Assembly: GCF_006345805.1 (NCBI RefSeq)
Contig: NC_042999.1
Coordinates: 48,422,001-48,486,000 of the forward strand
Length of the DNA stretch: 64,000 bases
Direction of reading: 5' to 3'
DNA from: Octopus sinensis
Taxonomy: Eukaryota
Notes under the pieces: generated by a model
What the model saw: the letters and a program-made list of their open reading frames with translations, nothing else
Database searches by the model: none
Told to the model about the DNA's origin: nothing
Shown here: positions 51,979-64,000 of the stretch, piece after piece
Layout: every line of letters starts with the position of its first letter
Numbering within the stretch: the stretch's first letter is position 1
Made by a program: the position numbers and the translations under genes

Positions 51979-52466
51979 CGACGACGAATACGACGACGAC
52001 AAGGATGATGATAATGATGACGGTCGTGATGATGTTGATGATGAGGATAGTGGTGCGAAGAGGAAGAAGAAGAGAAAGAAGAGGAAGAAAAGGAGGAAAA
52101 GAAGAATTGAAAGAAGAGAAGAAAAGAAAGAAAGAAAAAGTAAAGGAAGAAGAGAAATGAAGATGAAAAATGAAGAGGAAGAAGAGAAGAAAAGAAAGAA
52201 GAATAAGAAAATGAGGAGAAAGAAGAAGAGAAAGAAGAGAAGAAAAGAAAGAATCATGAGAAGAGAAAAGAAGATGAAGAAAAGAAAGAAAAAGTAAAAG
52301 AAGAAGAGAAATGAAGATGAAAAAAGAAAAAAAGAGGAAGAAGGAGAGAAAGAAGTAGTAGAGTAAAAAGAGGGAGGATGAGGAGAAAAAGTAGAAGGAG
52401 GATGAGGAAGAATATGAAAGAAGAAGAAGAAGAAGAAGAAGAAGAAGAAGAAGAAGAAGAAGAAAG
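51895..52466. repeat. (GAT)n plus purine-rich (GAA)-type low-complexity tract
   Basis: Seen directly; explains ORFs 51755-52492. Confidence 0.95.
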
Positions 52467-53405
52467 CAGAAAATATACTGCAATGGTTTCATGTCGACAG
52501 TGGCAGGTTACCAGGATTATATAGTGAGGGAGAGTAATTCTGCTTGTTTTTTTAGTAGTTGGACAGACGGTTACCTATTATAAGATAGGATATAATTCAA
52601 AAATATAATTTGATAAGCATAGTTTTGATACCAAAATTGACGTCAGTGATAAAATGTCAGCAACCTCTAGATAATGCTGAAGATGCAATTTCTCATTAGA
52701 TTACTACCTACGTTTCTATTTTTAAAGCTAGTTAATGCAAACACTGAAATTATACGAATAATGTTGATAATGATGACGAAGAAAACGTAGAAACAAGTTC
52801 GACATCATCAGTGCGTTGTTGGTGGTGATGAGGATATTGAATTAATATATATTTCTTTTCTGCTTTTACTTTTGCTCTGATAGTGTAAGGCGTGTCGAAT
52901 GTGTTTTATCGATTTATTTTTCGCGAAAGGTTCACGAGATATTGAAAATGCCAACTGATATAATTGTTTGATTTAATAATGGCATGAAACAATGCAGTTA
53001 AGTACTTAAAAAACTGTCGACATGGAAATGATGTAACAACACACGAATCACATTTCGGTATATTTTGCTGTTGTTGTTGTTATTTTCTAAATACTGTAGC
53101 GTTTTTTTAAATATTTCGATTCGTTTGTGTCTTAATGCATGATAAACAAGGTTTCTACATGTAAAGATTATTTGTTAAGATGAGAACCCAATTTTCTATA
53201 TGAATAGTGACAATGTCTAGTAAAGGTTACGTTTAAAAGCGGTATGGAATGTGCGTACTTAATAGGTCATTGTACAGGTTAACCTTCATAAAAAATATTC
53301 AGAGATGCTTTTAATATATCTTCATTAAGCGACGATGGTGGAAGAAGTATTAACACAAGATACTTACGGATACACACACACACGTATATATACATGTATA
53401 TATAT

Positions 53406-53470
<65 letters not shown>

Positions 53471-53474
<4 letters not shown>

Positions 53475-53612
53475 CTTTCACTTTCTGTCTACGAAATGTA
53501 TTCACAAGGGTTTGGTCGTCCCGAGGCTATAGTAGAAGACAGACGCATGTCCAAGTTGCCACGCAGTGGGACCGAACCCAGAACCATTTTTCTTACCATA
53601 CAGCAGCGTTCG
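53471..53612 (-). mobile_element. SINE family 1, 5' half
   Basis: CTTTCACTTTCTGTCTAC..CACAAGG..CCGAGGCTATAGTAGAAGAC..CCAAGTTGCCACGCAGTGGGACCGAACCC. Confidence 0.85.
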
Positions 53613-53639
53613 TGCTTGTTAACTCTATTGTTATCATTC

Positions 53640-53890
53640 ATGGTGTGTTTATTTAAATATTATGAAGATAACGTTGTACGGTTCGTAATACCACTTGCAA
53701 AACAAGAACCAATACAGTGAAATTATTCTATAAAGCTGTCTCTAAACATTTTTCAAAGGATATCAAATATCACTAAGTAATAATCCCACACAAATTAAGG
53801 GCGAGTTTCTATGCTTCAAAAACTTTGCACAAATTATATTTGCACGAAATAATAAAATATTGAAAGATTTCTATAGTAATAGAAGTAAGG
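53640..53890 (+). mobile_element. Penelope-like element fragment (RT-EN linker)
   Basis: TNTVKLFYKAVSKHFSKDIKYH*..HKL / NFAQIIFARNNKILK resembles the PLE pattern TN.GK.F....KHF....YHKI....KL.SY.C..N...II..HN.KIL. Confidence 0.65.
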
Positions 53891-54236
53891 AAAATGCAAA
53901 TGATTTTACTTAATGGCCAGAAATGACGGGGATCATAACGATAGTATGAAATGCACAACAAGCGTAAGGAGGCAAGTAGCCTTTAATAACTACCCATTAA
54001 TACCGAAAAATATAAACTCGCAGCATCTATAAAAAGGAGGAAAAAATAAGCGTAATATATATATATATAACAGCAATAATAATAAGCGTATATATACATA
54101 TATATAACATCAATGGTAATAAAAATACTATTGCAAATTATTAAAAAAATATCCTCTTTAAATAATAATATTTGCTGATACTATAGTCGCAACAACGAGC
54201 ATAAAATAAGTTATAATATAAATATGAAGTACCTTT

Positions 54237-54347
54237 ATTTACATTTAACGGATATTTGTTCTCATCTATACTCTCCAGCCTTCATCGGGTGTCTTAGGGA
54301 AATTTCGAACCTGGGTTTTCATTCCTAAGGTATTTTTCGATGTTATG

Positions 54348-54380
<33 letters not shown>

Positions 54381-54570
54381 TCATGTAGTGGTTAAGAGCG
54401 CGGTCTACTAACCCCAAGATTCCGAGTTCGATTCCTGGCAATGACCTGAATATACATCAGTAGAAACGGGGTGTTTACAAGAAAAAAGATGAGGATAAAT
54501 GTCCGTCAAATGTAAATCATATAAATAATGCACATAATTCCTCATCTCTTAAATATAGAACTGTATAAAT
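54237..54570. mobile_element. Rearranged tRNA-headed short element with split hammerhead remnant
   Basis: tRNA-like head 54385-54439 (GTAGTGGTT..GAGTTCGATTCC); 31-bp inverted repeat 54237-54267 / 54487-54517 (27/31 identical); CCGATGAAGGCTG on minus and CAG..GAAAC on plus. Confidence 0.6.
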
Positions 54571-54769
54571 ATTAAGGTAGATAATAAAAAAAGATAAATC
54601 ACTAAATACGAGTAATAGCACAGGAAATAAACCTAAGTAAAATAACCCTGAAAACGGGAAAATAGGCGCAGCATTGTTAAAAAGGAAACAGTGAACGATC
54701 CTCATAATAAAACTTGTGATTGTGCAATAAAAATATAAATCTAGAAAATTTTGTTGAACAGAATATGTA

Positions 54770-55120
54770 AAATACAAGTGTAAAGTAATGTCTGAGGGGC
54801 AGGATTACTACTATATAGGCTCCACATAAATTATATAAAAAGCATGATATCCAATCATGAAAGCACGTTTAGAGATAGGAGAAAAGAAATTAGCACTAGT
54901 TTAAGTAGATTAATTTGTGCAATTATGGACAAAAAAGGACTATGCATTGAAGTGGGAAGTAATGAACACGGCAAAATTTTATAGCAATGGAAGAAAAAGG
55001 TGTAACCTGTGCGTAGAGGAACTTTTCCACATCATAACATGCAAGCGTATATTCATAAATAATAAGAGACAAAGAGGATTCTTGTTATCCACACAGGATT
55101 GCATGTGTGTTAATAAAGTC
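54770..55120 (+). mobile_element. Penelope-like GIY-YIG fragment
   Basis: KYKCKV..YYYIGST; ISNHESTFR..STSLSR; LKWEVMNTAKFYSNGRKRCNLCVEE; collinear with 53640-53890. Confidence 0.8.
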
Positions 55121-55155
55121 AAATAAATAAAATCAAATAGATATTGTAAGAATAC

Positions 55156-55584
55156 GGATCTTTTCTGTTTGAACGGCACTTTTTAATATAATTTCTAACT
55201 AAAAAATTTTAAACTTCGTATACTGGTCGAATGTGTTTATAAAACATCTTTTTCTCTTGGCATTATTCAAAAAATGCTATAGTTTGTAAGATATTTGTTG
55301 TTGTTTTTCTTCAATTTCTGCACTTTTACCCAATCAGTGACGTCTATTGAGGTAAAAAAACATTCTGTGCCGTATGAATATGTCCCTCGTTTAAGAAACA
55401 GATTGGGTTTATTTACCTTTGTGAAAGAAAATATATACCCCGCCCCCACCCCTAACCCTAACCCTAAGTAACCCTAACCCTACAACAGATTGAAATGCAA
55501 TAGATCGATACTAGGGTCATAATTATGGGTGACAATTTCATATGACACCGCTAGAAAAAACTGCCGTTCAAACCGAAAAGAACC
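55156..55584. mobile_element. MITE with 29-bp TIRs and a 9-bp TSD (MULE/Merlin-like class)
   Basis: GGATCTTTTCTGTTTGAACGGCACTTTT / AAAACTGCCGTTCAAACCGAAAAGAACC; TAAGAATAC at 55147-55155 and 55585-55593; internal (CCCTAA)n at 55450-55482. Confidence 0.85.
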
Positions 55585-55799
55585 TAAGAATACATATACA
55601 TCTAGTAAATCCAAATAAATATAATTGAATAGGCATTATGTGAATAAATCAATGTCCTGAATTGATGTTTATATAATAATAATCAAATAGAGGAATATAC
55701 ATTGAAACCCTTACTATAAGATTGTGTAACGAAATAAAGGAATTTACAATTGTATGAAATAAATGAGAGATAGAGAACTTGTTATATTCATATGAAAAA

Positions 55800-55896
<97 letters not shown>

Positions 55897-56210
55897 TGTA
55901 TGTATAAATTCAAATACTAAATTATATTTAAATATACACACCGTGAATGATGGAATTCAAATGAGCACAGGAACAAATCTTAAAGTTAAATGTACTCCCT
56001 CCATTTGCAAATAATGTAACTCCATGCCTGTGAAGCATAGAAAATCGTACCGACTTTATGATTTATAAAATTCAATTTAACGAAATATGTATAATAGCCT
56101 AAACTATCAACAAATAATGTATCTAAATAAATAATAAATTTTAATAAAATTGAAATTCTCTCAGTTAAATATGTAGAAGTTAAATAAATATATAATTATT
56201 TGGATACTTA

Positions 56211-56251
<41 letters not shown>

Positions 56252-56329
56252 TATATATAATATATATATATATATATTAATAAATAAAATAAACATATGC
56301 ATATATATATAAACATATATGTACGTACC

Positions 56330-56730
56330 TACCTCTACATGTACAGGACACCAAAACGACGTCGAACACAGTGAGAAATGAAAACATAGACACAAACCAA
56401 AGGAACTGCACATTTTTTTAAACAACAAAAACATAGAGTACAGGACAATTATCACAAAGAAAAACCCCCTTCTTCAGTCGCTATGGTTTCATCTACTCTA
56501 CGTTTCGAAGGTGAAAGCGAGACGTATCTTCGACAAAAAACTTTCCTTCCTGCGAAAAGCAAATCAATTAAGATTCTGAGATCTTTTCGCAGAGGGGTAA
56601 AAGATGGTAACAAAAACAGGACAGTAACGACAGTACAAATTATAAACAGTAAAAGACAGGACAAGGAAAAACAAGATAAGGAGGGCTGTTAACGCCGAAC
56701 GAAAAAAAGGATTGCGAACGCGGATCTTTT
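56330..56730 (-). mobile_element. Interspersed repeat, possible PLE tail
   Basis: Minus-strand TTCGAAACGT and CTGAAGAAGGGG motifs; related to 16225-16380. Confidence 0.35.
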
Positions 56731-57362
56731 TTCTTGTTAATGAACGACGAACATATATCTATATATATATATATATATATTACTCTTTTGACAAGCGCGT
56801 AGGGATTGGGGTGGCAGCCAACCTCTGACAAAACAGATCTAAATCCCATTACCGTTGAATAGCAATAGGACCTAGTACATCAGGACTGCGACTAGCCATT
56901 GTCCACTGTAGTCGTAGTTTAAACTCTATTTTTAGAATGGATTCCAAAGATATACATGCTGACGCAAACTCAGAAGCATATACACATGCTGCTATTCAGT
57001 CTGTAAGCAACTCTATATCCTTTAGGATATCAATGAATATACGTCAGTTTTGCCCTGAAGTTACTTGTACCGTTTAAACTCGTAATGCATTTTAATTGTA
57101 AAACATGACTGAACGTGAGAAATTTTATTTCTATTATTAAAATTCTTTCCTCCTATATGAATAGATGTAAATATCTATAATCACAACTGGAACTTCTTAG
57201 GGTTAAACACCGATGTCGAAGAAGAACTAACAGTAAACACTAATACTAACACAAAGTAACAAATTACTAGAAATGTAAAGGATATGGAGCTAAACAGGTG
57301 TTCGCTCGGATGAAATACATCGCTGTTGGAAGAGCAAACGTTTTCCATTCGAAACTTCATAA

Positions 57363-57399
<37 letters not shown>

Positions 57400-58622
57400 A
57401 TAATATCTATATATATATATAGAGAGAGAAAGGGAAAAAGATAGATCGATAAATAGATAGATACATATAGGTATGCATACATAAATACATGCATATATAC
57501 GTACACGCACATACATGTATGAATACATACATACATACATACATACATACATACATACATACATACATACATACATACATACATGCATACATATATACAT
57601 ACAACCATATCGGGATGCAAGCATCTGGACAAATTCAATAATTTGTTTTCGCCAGCGATCTAACGAAGAGTCAGAAAGGAAAATAACATATAAAAAGATG
57701 ATGACGATGATATAAACATGATAATGAGGAGGAGGAAGAGGAAGAGGAGGAGGAAGAGGGAGTTGATGATAATAACTATGACGACGACGATGAAGATGAT
57801 GATGATATATATTTACAGTTTTTACTAATACCCCATATATAATGCTGCGATAAATCACTCCATAATGCTTTTTCATGAAAACATTTTCCTTTCAGGAAGT
57901 TGGTCTAATATAGCTAAATGGATTAAAAGCAAATGTAATCCCGCGAACGCGGACAGAAACATGAATGGCATTGTACTATTGGATCGCGTTTGTTCAGCAC
58001 AGCTAGCATGAAACTGCTTCATCAGTAAATACTATTTTTCTTCGCAAGGAGAATACTTAACGCAAACTGTCCAATAGCAATTCTTGCATAATGAAATATA
58101 ACGTTGCCCCCACTAACATAATTCATGCTATCTCTTAAGCATAATAATTTATAGTATTTTCACTAATTCTTAAATTGTTGACGTTATATCACATTATCTT
58201 TACGATCTGCTAAAGGATGCAATAAATTTTGTTTTCATTCCAAGTTTGAACGCGAAATTCCGATATATTATTAAACTTTCAATATATATATATGCGTGTG
58301 TGTGTGTGTATGTGTGTGTCTGTGAGTGTGCGTATTATTGTGTCCGGGGAGAGTTATTCTCTTTTCGTTCCTTATTACTTAATATAAACACCGACTCGAT
58401 TTCCTCTCATTTAATTAATTATTTTGTCAAACATTTCCGTTGCGTCTTGCAAACTTTTCAACAGTCTTTGACTAGAAAAATAAATAATGAAATGAATGGA
58501 AATCGAACCGGTATGTGTGATAAGTAATAAGGCACTAAATGAGAATGTCTCTCCACAGACAAAATAAAATATGATTCAACGCACGAATTAATATAATGAA
58601 TCTTGCAAACCAAATCCAAAAA

Positions 58623-58666
<44 letters not shown>

Positions 58667-58929
58667 ATTTGCATTTATACCTACTTCAGCCAATGAATGC
58701 TTCAGAGCTGTACGTCGATGACATTCGATGATCTAATTCACAACTCTGTCTCAAGATAATCTGATACGCCTTGTTACTGATTAATATTGTGTTTTTAACT
58801 AAACTTTATCAAAGGTTAGACAACGAGAGTTCTTTAAGCAGCAGGTGATAACTTGTTTGCATGGCATTCATATACAATCTTTTGGAAAAATAGATTAATT
58901 TTAGTGTCTTACATTGAAATATATAGGTA

Positions 58930-59448
58930 ACTAGAAGAGATACCCGGCGTTGCCCGGTTACATTCAATTGAAGAATTGGACTTTTCTGTTATATTTTCTG
59001 TAATGAACTGGAATATCTATGTTTCGAATTTCATCAAAATTACAGATGAAGGTTATTTCCTTCTTTACACACCCTAAAAGAATTGTAATCGTGCCGCATG
59101 TATCCCATACTACTTATTTTTATGCGCACATTCCAAAATTCTAGTGTTATTGAACCTGTTAAAAAGATTTGGCTCCAAAAAAATGATGGTCATGGAGCTC
59201 TAAAATGTGAGAGTTAAGGCCCCTGTTGGGGGTGAGCATCTTAATGTCAACCAGAGGAGTTGAATTGTTGAAAATCTTTTAAACTTGGGTCTTATATCTA
59301 TTATTTGAATTTCTTTGAAATAGGGAAAATATGTTCACTGGGTTTGTAAAAGAGATTAAAGCTACAGGAAACCAAAAGACGAATGATCACAATAAGCAGT
59401 CAGTTACCCTACCCTAGTCGTTGCTTGAAGTACCGTTTCAAGAACTAT

Positions 59449-59529
<81 letters not shown>

Positions 59530-60246
59530 ATATATGTATGTATGTATACACACACACATACACAAACACACTCCCATACACAAATACACACACACACAAA
59601 TAAATTGATAGATACAACTGAGTGGGCAAACAAAAATATAAGACACTTCGTAGTGCTTTTTTATATTTTGATAAGCCTGGTACTTATTCTATCAGTTTCT
59701 TCTTGTGAAACCAGTAAGTTATGGGGATGTAAATAAACGAACACCAGTTTTGAAGCAGTGATGAGGGAGAAACACTAAGACACACACATAGACTTACATA
59801 TATACATACATATACATAAAATTGAGTTCATTCAGTTTCTGTCTACAAAATCCACTGACAAGGCTTTGGTTGGTCTCATGTTATAGCAGAAGTCACATGC
59901 CAAGTTACGACACTGTGGGACTGAACTAAGGACCATGTGTTTTGGAATCAAGTTTGTTACCACACAGCGACACTTGCACCTATGTATGTGTGTGTGTGTG
60001 GGGGGGGGCGATCGATGTATGTGTGGGGTGTGTGGATCGGTGTGTTTGTGGGGGTGGATCGGTGTGTATGTGTATGGGTGTATATATGTATGCATGTATA
60101 TATATGTACATATGAGTACATATTACATGAACATCTATATATACATCTAGACATATAGATCTAGACATATATAAACTGTATATCTGTAGAAATACATCTA
60201 TGCATATACATGTATACATATACATCTATATATATACATGTATATA

Positions 60247-60288
<42 letters not shown>

Positions 60289-60520
60289 ATCCATATACAT
60301 ACAATAGAGAGATGCTTTTGTTTCACTTTTAACACGTAAGACTAAAATAATGTAGAAGATATGATATTGTTGTGGGCTCGCCCTAGGCAACAAGTTCGAA
60401 AATATTTGCCCATGACACTACATGGACCCTAATTAAGGCATGTGTAAAATGTGAATGAAATTGGTTGTGTAGTTCCCAGGTGTTAGAGATTCACACAGAC
60501 AGACTGACACACATTCTCAG

Positions 60521-60601
<81 letters not shown>

Positions 60602-60613
60602 ATATAGATAGAT
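58930..60613 (+). mobile_element. Helentron/DINE-1-like non-autonomous rolling-circle element (with nested SINE and microsatellites)
   Basis: 5' ACTAG..ACCCGGCGTTGCCCGGT hairpin start; core ..TGTGTAAAATGTGAATGAAATTGGTTGTGTAGTT; CAGACAGAC tract; TTATATATA..TAGAT end. Pattern recalled from HINE-type families. Confidence 0.55.
59660..59982 (-). mobile_element. SINE family 1
   Basis: AAGCCTGGTACTTATTCTATC..TTCAGTTTCTGTCTAC..CAAGGCTTTGGTTGGTC..GTGGGACTGAAC..ACCACACAGC. Confidence 0.8.
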
Positions 60614-63600
60614 AAACGATCCCTTCCAATATTTGACGATATTTATAATAAATTCTAGAGAGAGTTATTTTCTTTTTGTGCCTTACAATGTATCGCACTC
60701 ACAGGTGAATTTTCTTCTTCCTTTTTTTTATTTTCCTAAAATTTTCGTTGCTTATTTAAAAATATTATCTCCCACGTTTGAGGCAATTGAAATACATCCA
60801 ATATTAGAACGCTGGCTCTGCAAAATTTGACCGTTCCTTCAATCCTTCAGTTTCTGGAATTTCAGTTTTGCTGCGCTTGAATTCAAAATTTGGCACTATT
60901 TTCTTATGTGAGACCATATTCATTTGAATCAGAAATCTTTACCTTTCCTGACCGCTTTAGTTTTGTTATGTTTGGAAGTAAATCGCTTCTTTCCTGCAAT
61001 ATGTCGTTCATATTCAACGCCTTTCAGTACTGTTCTTTAACGATATAACGACTTAATGATAGAATTTCCCAGCAGTCAGTTGTGCACCGATGTGGAATTA
61101 TTTCATTAATGCTATCTTTTCCCTCTCAGAATCTACCGTTAGCCTCTCGTGTTTCTGTACTACACAGCTGAGCGATTTTAATTCGCATTTTGAAAATATT
61201 ATTTAGTATTTGGGAACTAGCACCGAAAATCGAGTTAGTGCTTTAGTCCATTTATAAAACTGTAACGAACAAAAAGCACACACACATACACACACACACA
61301 CACACACAACACACACACACACACACACACATACACACACACACACACACACACCTTCTTGTTAGGAATATATCAGGACAAAATATTAAAAAATAAATAA
61401 TGAAAAGTGTGGTTGTGGGATGAATAGGTGGGATAGATAAAATAGGGTGGGAATCAAGAAAATTGATACGTAAAACAATGAGGAGAAAGGAAAGGGGGGT
61501 AAACGAGCAGAAGACGAAAGTGAAGTAAGGGGACAAGAAGAATGAGAAGAAGGAGGAGAAGAAGAAGACGAAGAAGAAGAAGAAAAAGAAGAAGGAGGAG
61601 GGAGAGAAGAAGAACATGCATAAATTTGGTGAGGCTGCATATAGCAAAACGGTTTATCTATTGCCGTATGCTGGTAGCGGGTCAGTACAAGAAGAATCAT
61701 TGTTACCGAAATTCATCGGGTGGGTGAAAGTGTATTAGACCACCAAGCGGCATTACCCGGTGACAACTAATTAGATGGATAACTAGACAATTGTCCGCAA
61801 TCAAATAATAGGAATATTTATGAAGTATGCTGTGGGGAGTCCTTGTCTGTGACCTTAGTGTGTTACGGCTAGGGGAAAGAGGTACAAATAGGAGTAGAAA
61901 AAGACAAACAGGTATTAATTCTACGTGTGGCTAAAGACTCATCGTAGAGCAGTATGAATGATAAACAACTGTAAATATTGAATTGTGACCTCTTTTAAAG
62001 TGCGGTTCCCACATGGTTGAAGTACGACATCAAAAGGAAATATTAAAGTTTTGCATTCATTGATTTGGTCACCTTACCCGAATTGGATAAATCCCAATAT
62101 GATACCTATGATTGTGTTACTGGTTGGAGTTTGAAAGCAGCAGCATAATTATTCTATAGAAAATCTAAGATAACATTAATAATAATGGTAAACGTTATAT
62201 TTTGTAATTCTAAAGTATGTTTTTCAAAGTGCCACTCAGAAAAATTAAATATGATTTGAAACCATTGTATAAAAATACTCATAGATCAACCACCTGCGTA
62301 GCGGCTATCTCACTGACTATTTTGGTTCTAATCTATTTACTGAACCTGCACAAAATGACAATATGAATTAACTGTGATAAATTTATCTCGTCATCATGCC
62401 ATATACATATTTGTCCAGAAATTCGCAAAATGTAATTAGCATCCATTCATAAAATCTGTTCGTTTCGTGAGATTTTGAATGACGCTGTTACACATGAAAA
62501 CTGAAAATAATTATAGCGAAAGAATTTTATACGCTTTTTTATTGTACCAGAAACTTCAGTGTGATGCACGCTTGACAAGCGCCAGACGCCATGTCATCGA
62601 AAACCGTTTGCTTTAAAGAAATACAAAATGGTAATAATAGGTGCAGTTTTAGACTGCTAAGGAAGAAATTGTAATGTATCTGTGATACAGTTGGTGGTGG
62701 ATTGACAAAACCATTAGGAAGATGGACAAAATTTGTCGCGACATGCGATACCTATTGAGTCCATTCTGACATATGTAAATTATGCCTCCGAACTCTCTGG
62801 AGTCATGCTGTAACATACGGGGCAAATACTTCATAATAGGCTTTGGAAAATACCTTCCCTGGATATAAAAGCAAGGTTTGAATCATAATGGTTAAAATAT
62901 TCATCTGGAAATTAGCGGCTCCAAGATTTATCAGTTTTGGAAGAAATATAATACTGAAACAAGATTGTACCTTTCTTTCCTTTAATGGACAATAGAATGT
63001 GTCAGTCGTTGAGCACAAAGGAAGTCGATAGAACGATAAAAGGATAATTGTGTGTAGAAGGAATAATGAAAATGAAGTTAGGAATATCTCTGATGAGAAG
63101 GAATTAATGGTGACCAGAATGGAAATATTAGAATGAGAAATTGAACAATAATTGTATCTAGTAATATAACAGAAAAAACTTCACGAAATGAATCGACTAA
63201 AAATTTCAGTGGTATGTGTCTTCAACAATCCCACCCTCAAAAGGAAAAAAAAAAAGGTTATGGTATTTGAAGCCAGAACATTTAATAACAGAAATTGCGC
63301 CATTTTCTGTGTAGCTACTTGCTAATATATTGGCACATTTTGAAATTTGTCGGCATATTTAAACATGTGTTCTTATGTACTTTGCTATACGTATTTCTTT
63401 GTATATGCATGTGCTTATGTGTGAGTTCAAATATTTAAGTCACCCATTTACTACAGACGCAGCTTCAGTAACGAATATTGATTGTTATATCCAACTTAAC
63501 TTGGATATGTTGATTTTAACCTCGCAAAGAACTGTAAACATCCCGAAAATCTATTGAGTGGAGAAAACGCATGATAAAACCAAAGGCATCAACGTACTAT

Positions 63601-63638
63601 TATTAGTTGACGAAATTTCGTCAGTATACTGACAGATG

Positions 63639-63699
63639 ACGTAACCGTACCACGTGATATCACCGTATCCTGGTGTTCATCGATGTGGTACAGTTACGT
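63639..63699. ncRNA. 61-nt imperfect hairpin (pre-miRNA-sized)
   Basis: ACGTAAC/GTTACGT, GTACCAC/GTGGTAC and CACC/GGTG stems plus middle pairing, 7-nt loop; no known identity. Confidence 0.3.
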
Positions 63700-63890
63700 A
63701 ACACAGCAGTGCCATTCGCTGGAGTACTAGCACGATTTCGATTTTAATGGACGTTTAGAGAGGATTAAAAGCGTTATAAACCAGATATCCAAGTTTTGTT
63801 CACAGTGCTAATAAATAATAAGGTATATATAAAAAATATTGAGTACATACGCACATACATATAGCGGATTTTCTCTGATAGACGATGGGA

Positions 63891-64000
63891 AGGCGGTGAG
63901 CTGGCAGCAACGTTGGCACGTCGGGTGAAATGGTTAGCGGTATTTCGCTTGCCGCTACGTTCTGAGTTCATATTCCGCCGAGGTCGACTTTGCCTTCCAG
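63891..64000 (+). mobile_element. SINE family 3, 5' part (runs off the window)
   Basis: AGGCGGTGAGCTGGCAG..GTTCTGAGTTCATATTCCGCCGAGGTCGACTTTGCC. Confidence 0.88.

Noticed and set aside
51755-52492. Longest track ORF (245 aa)
   Set aside because: Entirely low-complexity (GAA/GAT) sequence
56465-56540. GAAAC..CTGAAGAAGGGG and TTCGAAACGT motifs on minus
   Set aside because: Could not build consistent stems I-III by hand

Overview
AT-rich, repeat-saturated eukaryotic (non-prokaryotic) DNA. The SINE families resemble octopus tRNA-derived SINEs, so an octopod cephalopod is the likely source (inference from recalled family sequences, not a database result). No host-gene exon can be supported with confidence, and most ORF-track entries are microsatellite read-throughs. 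Recognisable content: many copies of three or more tRNA-derived SINE families; a full-length decayed Tc1 transposon (7713-9219); Penelope-like (GIY-YIG) fragments; R4/Dong-like RLE LINE fragments; an RTE fragment; a 3'-truncated L1/Tx1 LINE; a 9-bp-TSD MITE carrying telomeric repeats; a Helentron-type non-autonomous element; and two near-identical 1.1-1.3 kb tandem duplications with breakpoints in dinucleotide microsatellites. The most striking signal is a set of hammerhead-ribozyme (HHR) motifs in Penelope-type terminal repeats. These are: a complete type I HHR present on both strands of a perfect 142-bp palindrome (duplicated, so 4 copies); a 1.12-kb GIY-YIG-only element bounded by inverted HHR-bearing repeats; a tRNA-headed short element with a split HHR tail; and non-canonical core variants (G3.U8 and U6). 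All folds were worked out by hand and ribozyme activity is untested.
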